A DNA stretch of 64,000 bases. It comes from an uncultured bacterium (GTDB taxonomy: Bacteria > Verrucomicrobiota > Kiritimatiellia > RFP12 > UBA1067). Position 1 is the stretch's first letter. Each line of letters starts with the position of its first letter. The notes beneath the pieces are model-generated. The model searched no databases. It was not told where the DNA came from and saw only the letters and a program-made list of their open reading frames with translations. Both the position numbers and the translations under genes were made by a program. The stretch covers positions 1,133 to 65,132 of the forward strand of contig CACWVU010000001.1 in NCBI GenBank assembly GCA_902764415.1. The letters are read 5' to 3'. Positions 27,857-35,735 of the stretch are shown in pieces.

Positions 27857-27857
27857 A
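27837..27857. repeat. Right arm of the IR bracketing the GxxExxY remnant
   Basis: ctcctgtcctttgtggctaaa. Confidence 0.8.
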
Positions 27858-27886
27858 AAACCTTGGAATCAAAAGACGGAGTTTTA

Positions 27887-27895
27887 TGGTATAAT
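27887..27895 (+). promoter_or_regulatory. Extended -10 promoter for the Nudix gene
   Basis: tggtataat at 27887-27895; ATG 27924. Confidence 0.55.
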
Positions 27896-27923
27896 TATCT
27901 CAAAAGCGACTTAAATCACGACA

Positions 27924-28466
27924 ATGAAAACGACAGACCTCACTGAAAAGACGCTCGCGACGGAGCGGAAGTATACCGGCAAGATCATCAGCGTCGACCT
28001 GCTCGACATCGAGCTGCCCGACGGACGAAAGGCGAAGCGCGAGGTTATACGCCACGGCAACGCCGTCGCGATACTCGCACGCAGACCGGACGGAAAGTTC
28101 GTGTTCGTGAAGCAGTACCGCAAGGCCGCGGAAGAGGCGCTCATCGAAGTCATCGCGGGCGGGCTCGAGCCGAGCGAGGACCCGGTCGAAGGCGCGAAGC
28201 GCGAGACCGCCGAGGAGACGGGCTACGAGGTGACGAGCATAAAGTTCCTCACGACGATCATCTGCACGCCTGGATACTGCGAGGAGCGGATACACCTCTA
28301 TTTTGCGGAGCTTTCAGAAACGGCGCACTCACAGGACCAGGACCCGGACGAGAACGTCTACCCCGTCGTCCTTTCGGCGGAAGAGGTCGAGGATGGCATC
28401 TGCAATGGGGCGATTTTCGATTCCAAGACGCTGTCCGCCTGGCTCTGCTGGAAGATTGCGAAGTAG
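27924..28466 (+). CDS. NUDIX hydrolase (ADP-ribose pyrophosphatase-like)
   Basis: Nudix box GGLEPSEDPVEGAKRETAEETGY. Confidence 0.85.
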   Translation: MKTTDLTEKTLATERKYTGKIISVDLLDIELPDGRKAKREVIRHGNAVAILARRPDGKFVFVKQYRKAAEEALIEVIAGGLEPSEDPVEGAKRETAEETGYEVTSIKFLTTIICTPGYCEERIHLYFAELSETAHSQDQDPDENVYPVVLSAEEVEDGICNGAIFDSKTLSAWLCWKIAK

Positions 28467-28532
28467 AAATCAAGCCCGTCGAGAAAGGAAAATCATGAAG
28501 CCATGCGAATATGCGTTGGAGGAGAAGCGCGC

Positions 28533-29216
28533 ATGATTCCCAATACCATTCACTGCTGCTGGCTGGGCAGCGGACCGAAGACCGCGCTGGCGGAGAAGTG
28601 CCGCGGGAGCTGGCGCAAGTTCGCGCCCGGCAGGGAGATCCGCGAATGGACTGCCGCGGACCTCGCCGCACTCGATCCGCCGCCGTTCGTGGACGAGGCG
28701 ATGCGGCGGGGGAAGTGGGCGTTCGCGGCGGACTGGCTGCGCTTTGCCGCGCTCGCGGCGGAAGGGGGAGTCTACCTCGACTACGACGTCGAGCTGGTCC
28801 GTCCGCTTGTGGTCGAAGGCGAGTTCGTGGCGGGACAGTGGCTGCCTGGCGGCAAGGTTGGCATGGAGCCGGCGGTGCTCGCGCTCGAAAAGGGCAGCGC
28901 CGTCGCCGCGGCGATGCTCGAGGCGTACCGTGGCGCTTCGTTCGACGCCGTCCGCACTGTCGGCGAGCGGCTCGGCGAGGCGCTGGACGCGAAGGGGATT
29001 TCCGTCAAGGTGCTGCCGCCGGAGGTGTTCTGTCCGATCGACGTCGACGGCTCGCTGCACTCTACCGCCGCCACCCGCGGCATTCACCGCTATGCGATGA
29101 GCTGGGCGACGCCGACTCGCCGCCTTGCGCGCTGGCTGAGCTGGCACGGAATGCGCCGCGCGGTGGACGCGCTGCTCCGGCTCCGCGGCCGCATTCTGCC
29201 GCGGGAAACGATGTAG
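28533..29216 (+). CDS. Glycosyltransferase with DXD sugar-binding region (GT32 / capsular Gly_transf_sug-like)
   Basis: ATG 28533 after SD GGAGGAG. IHCCWLGSGP...SWRKFAPG...W and GGVYLDYDVEL. Confidence 0.7.
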   Translation: MIPNTIHCCWLGSGPKTALAEKCRGSWRKFAPGREIREWTAADLAALDPPPFVDEAMRRGKWAFAADWLRFAALAAEGGVYLDYDVELVRPLVVEGEFVAGQWLPGGKVGMEPAVLALEKGSAVAAAMLEAYRGASFDAVRTVGERLGEALDAKGISVKVLPPEVFCPIDVDGSLHSTAATRGIHRYAMSWATPTRRLARWLSWHGMRRAVDALLRLRGRILPRETM

Positions 29217-29234
29217 TATATGCAAGGTCGGGTG

Positions 29235-30386
29235 ATGAAATCGATCGGCAGGGTGCTGATGGCGGTTGGCGTGGCGCTGGCGGCGGTCAGCGTGGTGCAG
29301 GGGTTCAGGAACGGGCTTGGTCTAGTCGACTTTCACTGGGAATCCGCCGCGCTCTTTCTGCGGGGGGAGAATCCGTACCGGTGGTTCTTCGACGGACGCC
29401 TTTACGATGGAGTGGTCGTCGACGCGACCCAGGCGCCGAGCACGATCGCCTTCATCCTGCCTTTCGGGCTCATGCCACACTCGCTCGCCAACACGCTCTG
29501 GGACATCTCCAACCTCCTATTCACCGCGGCGTTTCTCTTCTTTGTCCATCGGCTCTTCTTCCGCCAGGCCAGTTCACCGCGGGCATTCTTTGCCTTTGCC
29601 GTCCTATTCCTCTGCGGCGTTCCGTGGCGGGTGGGGATGGGCTGCGGCCAGCATACGATGTTCTCCCTGGCGTTCTTCGCCGCGGCGCTTTGGGCGATGG
29701 AGCGCAGGCTCCACTGGACGCTTGCCGGCGCGCTGATTTCCGCCGCGCTCTTCAAGTACACGGTCACCGCGCCGCTGGCGCTCGTGTTTGTCATCCGCCG
29801 CCAGTGGAAGGCGGTCGGCTTCGCGGCGGTGGTTCATCTGGCGCTTACCGCCGCGCTCGGCTGGTGGACGCACACTTCGCCAGTCGAGCTGGTTCTCGGT
29901 TCGATCCGCGTCGGCGCGGCGCTCAATCCGGCCGGCGGCGACGCCGATCTCGCGGGGCTGGCGCGGTGGTTTGGCGCGACGGACCTGTGGCCGTGGGCGT
30001 TCGCCGGCTACGCCGTCTTCGGCGTGGCGATGCTGGCGTTTGTGGCGCGGCGGTTCGCGCGCAGGCCGGCGGCGGCGGACGCAACAGCGCTCATGTTTGA
30101 CCTCTCGGTGCTGGCGCTTCTTTCCAATGTCCTCTTCTACCACCGCTGCTACGACTTCGTTTCACTGGCGTTTCCTCTTGTGTGCTGTCTGCTGGCAAAG
30201 CCGTCGGTGTTCACGGCGCTGTGCTGGCTCGTCGTCCTCAACACCTTCTTCTTCCTCCGCCTGGACTTCGCGCTCGGCCTCGGCGTCTACGTGCCAGTCA
30301 ACTTCGCCCTCCACCTCGCCGCGCTCACCCTCGCCGCGCTCACCGCGCTCACCTGCTGCCGTTCGCGTAAGGCCCCTGAGGCCTAA
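29235..30386 (+). CDS. Polytopic membrane protein, GT-C-like (DUF2029/GT87-like) candidate
   Basis: About 10 hydrophobic segments, adjacent to the GT32-like gene. Start is ATG 29220 or 29235. Family assignment is weak. Confidence 0.45.
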   Translation: MKSIGRVLMAVGVALAAVSVVQGFRNGLGLVDFHWESAALFLRGENPYRWFFDGRLYDGVVVDATQAPSTIAFILPFGLMPHSLANTLWDISNLLFTAAFLFFVHRLFFRQASSPRAFFAFAVLFLCGVPWRVGMGCGQHTMFSLAFFAAALWAMERRLHWTLAGALISAALFKYTVTAPLALVFVIRRQWKAVGFAAVVHLALTAALGWWTHTSPVELVLGSIRVGAALNPAGGDADLAGLARWFGATDLWPWAFAGYAVFGVAMLAFVARRFARRPAAADATALMFDLSVLALLSNVLFYHRCYDFVSLAFPLVCCLLAKPSVFTALCWLVVLNTFFFLRLDFALGLGVYVPVNFALHLAALTLAALTALTCCRSRKAPEA

Positions 30387-30395
30387 GCGCCTTTG

Positions 30396-30442
30396 TCCCC
30401 AGAGTCTGTCCCCGCGGCGTTATGGGGGACAGTCCCTGGGGA
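30396..30442. repeat. Imperfect palindrome containing a GGGAC-N-GTCCC core (REP-like / terminator-like)
   Basis: tccccagagtctgtcccc ... gggggacagtccctgggga, directly after stop 30386. Confidence 0.6.
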
Positions 30443-30491
30443 AAGTGATGAATGGCTGAAATTGAGGTGGTTGCGCGAGGGGGCGGGATTA

Positions 30492-30500
30492 TGGTAAAAT
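30492..30500 (+). promoter_or_regulatory. Extended -10 promoter (TGGTAAAAT) for the heparinase-like gene
   Basis: tggtaaaat at 30492-30500; ATG 30510/30513 only ~10 nt downstream. Confidence 0.5.
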
Positions 30501-30509
30501 ACCGGACAA

Positions 30510-32273
30510 ATGATGAACATTCGGAAAGTTGCGTTGATGTCGGCAGTTGCCGCGGGTGGTCTTGGCTTGGCGGCGGTCGCCGGGTCTGTCCCCCAGTCGT
30601 TGGTGTCTGTCCCCCAGTCGTTGATCGCGGAGGCGGACCGCGCCGCCCGCGGCGAAGTGACCGTGGTCGCGATCCCATGGAGCTTCCAGTCCAACCGCGT
30701 CGACTGGCTCTTCAACCCCACCAAGGCGAAGGGGCCGTTCAACCCCGAGTGGACCTGGCAGCTCAACCGCATGCAGTTCTGGTCGACGCTTGCGCGGGCC
30801 TACGTCGCCACCCGCGACGAGAAGTACGCCTGCGCCTTTGCGCGCCAGCTCGAGGACTGGCTTGCCCAGACCGGCGGCGTGCCGGCTGAGAATGGCTACA
30901 ACGGCGTCGGCAGCCCCTGGCGCACGATCGAGGAGGGGCTGCGCCTTATGAACAGCTGGCCGGAGGCATGGCGCGCCTTCTCCACCTCTCCGTCGTTCCC
31001 GTCGCCGCTCCGCGAGCGGTTCCGGGAGTCGATGCGCGCGCAGGCGCGGCACATCCTCGCGCACCGGTCGCGCGGGAACAACTGGCTTCTGATGGAGCTG
31101 AACGGCGTCCACTCCTGCGCAGTCCTCTTCCCGGACCTGCCCGAGTCCGCGGCCTGGCGGCGCGAGTCGGCGCGTCTCTTCGCCGAGGCGGCGAGCGAGC
31201 AGCTGCTGCCCGACGGCCTCCACTGCGAGCTTTCGCCCGACTACCACCTGGTCTTCTACGTCTGCGCGGCGCAGCTCTACCGCCGCGCGCTGGAGAGCGG
31301 CACGCTCGACGAGATTCCCCCCGCCTACAAGGAGCTGATGGTGCGCGGCGCCGAGGGTCCGCTCGCGATGACGACACCTTCGTTCGTGCAGCCGCGGTTC
31401 AACGACTGCTACACTGTTGCCGCAGAGGCGGTGCTGAAGACCGCGTCGGAGTTCTTCCCGGACCGGGCCGACTTCCGCTGGGGCGCCACGCACGGACGCG
31501 AGGGCGCGCCGCCGGCGGGCGAGACGGCGTCGCGTTTCCTGCCTTGGTCCGGGTTCGTGGTGATGCGCTCGGGCTGGGAGCCGGACGCGACGTACCTCGC
31601 GTTCGACGTCGGGCCGCTAGGCATCGGCCACTGGCACCAGGACAAGCTGTCGTTCACGCTCTGGAAGGGCGGCGAGGAGCTGGTCTTCGACGACGGCGGC
31701 GGACAGTACGAGCGCTCGGCGTACCGGGATTACGCGCTTTCTGGCTACGACCACAACACGCTGCTGGTGGACGGCCTCGCCCAGAACCGCCGCGGTCCGC
31801 GCAGGCTGGAGCGCCCGGTAGACGCAGGCTGGGAGTCGACGCCGGAGCGGGACTTCGCGCGCGGCGTCTACGACCAGGGGTTTGGTCCCCGCGAGGTCCG
31901 CCTGGCCGTGCACGAGCGTCGGATCGAGTTCCTGAAGCCGGACCGGTTCGTCGTCACCGACGTCGCGACGTCGGTTGACGGCAAGGCGCACGACTACGAG
32001 GTGCTCTTCCAGCTCGACACCACGAACACGGTCGTCTCCGCCGACGGCCGCACGCTCGTCGCTCGCTACGGCCGCGTCTGGGATCTGCGGCTGACGGTCG
32101 AGGAGGGCGGCGAAATCGCCACTGCGAGCGGGCAGCGCTCCCCGCGCCTCTCCGGCTGGTTCGTCGGCCGCAATGACCTCGTGATCCATCCCGCCACCAC
32201 GGTCTCGGTTCGCGCCCTCGCCAGAACCAACCACGTCTTCCGCACCGTCCTCGAGCCAGTTAAGGCAAAGTAG
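30510..32273 (+). CDS. Heparinase II/III-like polysaccharide lyase family protein with signal peptide
   Basis: Hydrophobic N-terminus. NRMQFW...RAY, NNWLLME, HWHQDKLSF, YDHNTLLVDG motifs of the alginate_lyase/Hepar_II_III architecture. Confidence 0.8.
   Translation: MMNIRKVALMSAVAAGGLGLAAVAGSVPQSLVSVPQSLIAEADRAARGEVTVVAIPWSFQSNRVDWLFNPTKAKGPFNPEWTWQLNRMQFWSTLARAYVATRDEKYACAFARQLEDWLAQTGGVPAENGYNGVGSPWRTIEEGLRLMNSWPEAWRAFSTSPSFPSPLRERFRESMRAQARHILAHRSRGNNWLLMELNGVHSCAVLFPDLPESAAWRRESARLFAEAASEQLLPDGLHCELSPDYHLVFYVCAAQLYRRALESGTLDEIPPAYKELMVRGAEGPLAMTTPSFVQPRFNDCYTVAAEAVLKTASEFFPDRADFRWGATHGREGAPPAGETASRFLPWSGFVVMRSGWEPDATYLAFDVGPLGIGHWHQDKLSFTLWKGGEELVFDDGGGQYERSAYRDYALSGYDHNTLLVDGLAQNRRGPRRLERPVDAGWESTPERDFARGVYDQGFGPREVRLAVHERRIEFLKPDRFVVTDVATSVDGKAHDYEVLFQLDTTNTVVSADGRTLVARYGRVWDLRLTVEEGGEIATASGQRSPRLSGWFVGRNDLVIHPATTVSVRALARTNHVFRTVLEPVKAK
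30584..30625 (+). repeat. 21-bp tandem duplication inside the signal-peptide region
   Basis: gtctgtcccccagtcgttggt followed by gtctgtcccccagtcgttgat, encoding SVPQSLV SVPQSLI. Contains the gtctgtcccc core seen in intergenic palindromes. Confidence 0.9.
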
Positions 32274-32470
32274 TGGGGACAGACCACGGGACAGTTGAAA
32301 AGTTGAAAGGTTGAAGGGTTGAAAAGTTGAAGCAGTGGGGACAGACCCCAGGGCAGGTAGACCCCAGGGCAGGTAGAAAGGTTGAAGCAGTGGGGACAGA
32401 CCCCAGGGCAGGTAAAAGGTTGGGCTTTGCCAGTTGAAAGGTTGAAAAGTTGAAAGGTTGAAAGGCCGCG
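32273..32470. repeat. Compound repeat array: GGGGACAGACC cores, GTTGAAAR octamer arrays, duplicated gcagtggggacagaccccagggcaggta units
   Basis: Octamer arrays at 32294-32333 and 32433-32466. The ggggacagaccccagggcaggta unit occurs twice, with an extra gaccccagggcaggta. Confidence 0.85.
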
Positions 32471-32558
32471 GTGATGCGCAAAACCGCCGCGGCGATGCGC
32501 GAAAACGCCGCGCAGGCTCGCGTGGCCGCCGTCCAATCTGCCGCGGAAAGTGCCGCGT

Positions 32559-32587
32559 CGCAGTTGCAATCTGCCGCGGAAAATGAG
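32559..32587 (+). repeat. 29-bp direct repeat, copy A
   Basis: cgcagttgcaatctgccgcggaaaatgag, identical at 32743-32771. Partial third copy tccaatctgccgcggaaagtg at 32531-32551. Confidence 0.9.
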
Positions 32588-32600
32588 ATAATACGCACTA

Positions 32601-32690
32601 ATGAATGTAGTGGTAAAAGAACTGCAGCTGCCATGGCATGGCGACGAGCGCGGCAAGTTGATTGCGCTGGAAGCGCTGACTGACCTTGCG
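32601..32690 (+). pseudogene. N-terminal remnant of a WxcM/FdtA-like sugar 3,4-ketoisomerase
   Basis: VKELQLPWHGDERGKLIALE resembles the start of the cupin-type FdtA/WxcM family. Similarity stops after ~25 codons. Sits between the 29-bp direct repeats. Confidence 0.35.
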
Positions 32691-32742
32691 CATCCGCAAA
32701 GCCTAAGACCTTCAGGCTGTGGGTATTCGGGGAATGCCACGC

Positions 32743-32771
32743 CGCAGTTGCAATCTGCCGCGGAAAATGAG
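32743..32771 (+). repeat. 29-bp direct repeat, copy B
   Basis: Identical to 32559-32587. Confidence 0.9.
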
Positions 32772-32856
32772 CTTATGCATATTAGCAGGGGAGTTTGACT
32801 CGCTTGAACACAAGCGGAAATCGTTTTTCCACAAACAGTAGACATCTAACCGTGAC

Positions 32857-33987
32857 TTGACAGTGAAAAAAGTGTTATTGCTAGGCGGTACTGGGGCGAT
32901 GGGTGTCTACCTATCTGAAAGGCTTTTGCATAACTATGAGGTTTATGTAACCTCACGTAAGCGTTGTTCTTCATGTGACGACAAAGACTCGGCTGTTGTT
33001 TTTGTCAATGGCGATGCCCAAGATGATGATTTCTTGAAACATGTCATTGAGAGTGTACGCCCAGATGGAATCGTGGACTTCATGACTTATACGACAGAAC
33101 ATTTCAAAGGAAGGGTAGACTGGCTCCTTAAAGGCTGCGAACATTATGTCTTTCTTTCCACCTACCGCGTGTTTGCCGGACAAGTTCCATTGACTGAGCG
33201 ATCTCCGCGGTTATTGGATGTTTGTACCGATGCTGAGTATCTGGCAACAGATGAATATGCCATGGCGAAGGCGAGGCAGGAAGATATACTGCGAAAGTTG
33301 GTTCTGAAGAATTGGACAATCATACGTCCAGCGATTACATTCTCTAAGGCTCGATTCCAATTTGGTTGTCTCGAGGCTTGGGAAGTGTGTTATCGATCTT
33401 TGGCCGGACTGCCTGTCATAATGCCGCGAGAAATGATGGATCGGCAGGCGACGCTCACTTGGGCAAATGATGTCGCGCAGATGATAGAAAAATTGCTATT
33501 CAACGGGAAGGCATATTCAGAAGACTTTAATGTGGCTACATCCGAGCATATGACATGGCGTGAGATTGGGAATATCTATGCCAAGGAAATAGGCATGACC
33601 GTGGAGGAGTGCTCTTTGAATGAATATATTGAGGTCATTGGATCACGCTATCAGGTGATGTATGACAGGATGTTCAATAGAATAGTCGATAATTCGAAGG
33701 TGTTGGCGACTACTGGAATGTCACAAAAGGACTTGACTCCGACAACATTGGCTTTAGAACGAGAACTTCAGTCTTTTAAAAAAGCCCCATACTATCCGGT
33801 TTTTATTGTTTCAAGGCTGGCTAGGATTGATAAGATTGTTGGAACAAGGATTCCTATGAATGGTCTTACTTTAGGGCAGAAAGAGGAGTACCTAAAGATT
33901 CGCTACCCGTTTCTGAACAACAAGGTAATGGATTTTGCAGAACGGGCCATAAGAAAAGCGATGCGTCTTGTGAAGAAAGGAGTCTAA
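32857..33987 (+). CDS. NAD(P)-dependent epimerase/dehydratase-family SDR
   Basis: VLLLGGTGAMGVYL Rossmann and YAMAKARQE (YxxxK). AT-richer than the backbone. Start is TTG 32857 or GTG 32863. Confidence 0.75.
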   Translation: MTVKKVLLLGGTGAMGVYLSERLLHNYEVYVTSRKRCSSCDDKDSAVVFVNGDAQDDDFLKHVIESVRPDGIVDFMTYTTEHFKGRVDWLLKGCEHYVFLSTYRVFAGQVPLTERSPRLLDVCTDAEYLATDEYAMAKARQEDILRKLVLKNWTIIRPAITFSKARFQFGCLEAWEVCYRSLAGLPVIMPREMMDRQATLTWANDVAQMIEKLLFNGKAYSEDFNVATSEHMTWREIGNIYAKEIGMTVEECSLNEYIEVIGSRYQVMYDRMFNRIVDNSKVLATTGMSQKDLTPTTLALERELQSFKKAPYYPVFIVSRLARIDKIVGTRIPMNGLTLGQKEEYLKIRYPFLNNKVMDFAERAIRKAMRLVKKGV

Positions 33988-33989
33988 TA

Positions 33990-35735
33990 ATGTATACCAG
34001 CGAGGAGAATTGTCAAATCTTGATTGCACTGCTCAAGGCTCATGGCGTGCGCACGGTGATAGTGAATCCAGGGACTGCGAATATGTCTTTTGTGGGGAGC
34101 ATACAAAGCGATCCCTGGTTTAAGGTGTATTCTGGTGTGGATGAAAGGCATTCTGCGTACATGGCAGTAGGCATGGCTGCTGAGATGCGTGCTCCTGTTG
34201 CTCTAAGCTGCACGGGTGCAACTGCAAGTCGAAATTATCTACCGGGTTTAACAGAGGCCTACTATCGGAAATTGCCTATCCTCGCCATTACAAGCACCCA
34301 GGAATTTACACAAGTCGGGCAGCTGAACAATCAAGTTTTGGATAGGTCGCAACCGCCGAAAGACGCGGTCGTTTTAAGTGTATCGTGTCCTTTAGTGAAG
34401 GATGCACAGACTCGGCGCTACTGTGAGAGGGTGGTTAACCGCGCCATTCTTGAGTTAATGCGGCATGGGGGTGGCCCGGTCCACATTAATCTAGAGACTC
34501 GCTACCCATTAAAATTTGATGTAGAAAAACTCCCTGATGTCGCCAAGATAACGCGCCATTTCCTTGACGGCGAATGGCCTCTGTTGCCTGATAAGAAGAA
34601 GATTGTTTTGTGGATAGGCGAACATGCCCCATTTGAAAGCAGAGAAAAGAAAGCCATAGAGCAGTTCCTTAGGTCGCATCAAGCTGTTGCATTGGTGAAT
34701 AAGCAGAGTTCGTACTATGAATATGGAGCCGTTTCGTCAGAGTTGTTGGCTGCCAATGGAATAAGACATGGCGAGTTGGGGGAGAGATTGAAGCCAGATC
34801 TTATCATTCATATAGGTAATATAACGGCTGGACATTTTACGAATGGATACCTTGAAAACATGGCTCCTGTGTGGCGTGTCAATCCAGATGGAGAAATCCG
34901 AGATACCCTGTTAAAGAATGAAAGAGTTTTTGAAATGGAAGAGTTCGCGTTCTTCTCCCATTATTCAGCGGACCATGTTGAGAACAAATATTTCGAAGAA
35001 TGGTTTGCCGCTGATGCGAGTTTGCGCAGCCAAATTCCAGAACTGCCGTTCTCCAACTACTGGGTCGCGCAGTCGCTAAATGGGAGATTGCCAGAGGGGT
35101 CAAATCTGCATCTCGGGATTTTGAGTTCTGTTAGAGCCTGGAGTTTTGCTCCAAATACGCCGGGGATAACTTCATATTGTAATTCAGGAGGCTTTGGGAT
35201 TGACGGGAATCTCTCAACATTGATAGGAGCATCACTTGCAGCGCCTCATAGACTGCACTTTGGTGTATTCGGCGATCTTTCGTTCTTTTACGACATGAAT
35301 GCCTTGGGCAATCGTCATATCGGCAACAACCTTCGAATTCTTGTCATCAACAATGGCGAGGGTGTTGAATTCTCGCTTTTCTGCAATCCAGGCGCCGTTT
35401 TTGGTGACAAAACTTCTGACTTCATTGGGGCTGGTGGCCATTTTGGGCGAAAGTCGCGAACTATCATAAAGCATTATTCTACAGACCTAGGCTTTAAATA
35501 TCTTTCTGCCTCAACAAAGGATGAATTCAACTCGGTCATAGGCGAATTCCTTGTGCGTAATGCCGACAATCCCATCCTTCTTGAATGTTTTGTGGAAAAA
35601 ACAGATGATACGGCGGCATTCAAGGCGCTTTTGTCGCTTCGTAAGTTTGAGGATCATGGCCTTAATACTTTGAAGTCTCGGATATCAAGATGCTTGCCGA
35701 AGAGTGTAAAGGATGCAATAAAAAAAGTGATTTGA
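33990..35735 (+). CDS. Thiamine-diphosphate-dependent enzyme (MenD/acetolactate-synthase-like fold)
   Basis: N-terminal Pyr domain (VNPGTANMSF...DERHSAYMAVGMA...SCTGATASRNY). C-terminal PP domain with GDLSFFYDMNAL...NNGEG. Confidence 0.75.
   Translation: MYTSEENCQILIALLKAHGVRTVIVNPGTANMSFVGSIQSDPWFKVYSGVDERHSAYMAVGMAAEMRAPVALSCTGATASRNYLPGLTEAYYRKLPILAITSTQEFTQVGQLNNQVLDRSQPPKDAVVLSVSCPLVKDAQTRRYCERVVNRAILELMRHGGGPVHINLETRYPLKFDVEKLPDVAKITRHFLDGEWPLLPDKKKIVLWIGEHAPFESREKKAIEQFLRSHQAVALVNKQSSYYEYGAVSSELLAANGIRHGELGERLKPDLIIHIGNITAGHFTNGYLENMAPVWRVNPDGEIRDTLLKNERVFEMEEFAFFSHYSADHVENKYFEEWFAADASLRSQIPELPFSNYWVAQSLNGRLPEGSNLHLGILSSVRAWSFAPNTPGITSYCNSGGFGIDGNLSTLIGASLAAPHRLHFGVFGDLSFFYDMNALGNRHIGNNLRILVINNGEGVEFSLFCNPGAVFGDKTSDFIGAGGHFGRKSRTIIKHYSTDLGFKYLSASTKDEFNSVIGEFLVRNADNPILLECFVEKTDDTAAFKALLSLRKFEDHGLNTLKSRISRCLPKSVKDAIKKVI

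Noticed and set aside
32273-32470. Possible CRISPR or ncRNA array
   Set aside because: The repeats are 8-nt octamer runs and short composite units with no spacer-like unique segments. They are better described as dispersed repeat elements that also occur at 205, 3779 and elsewhere.
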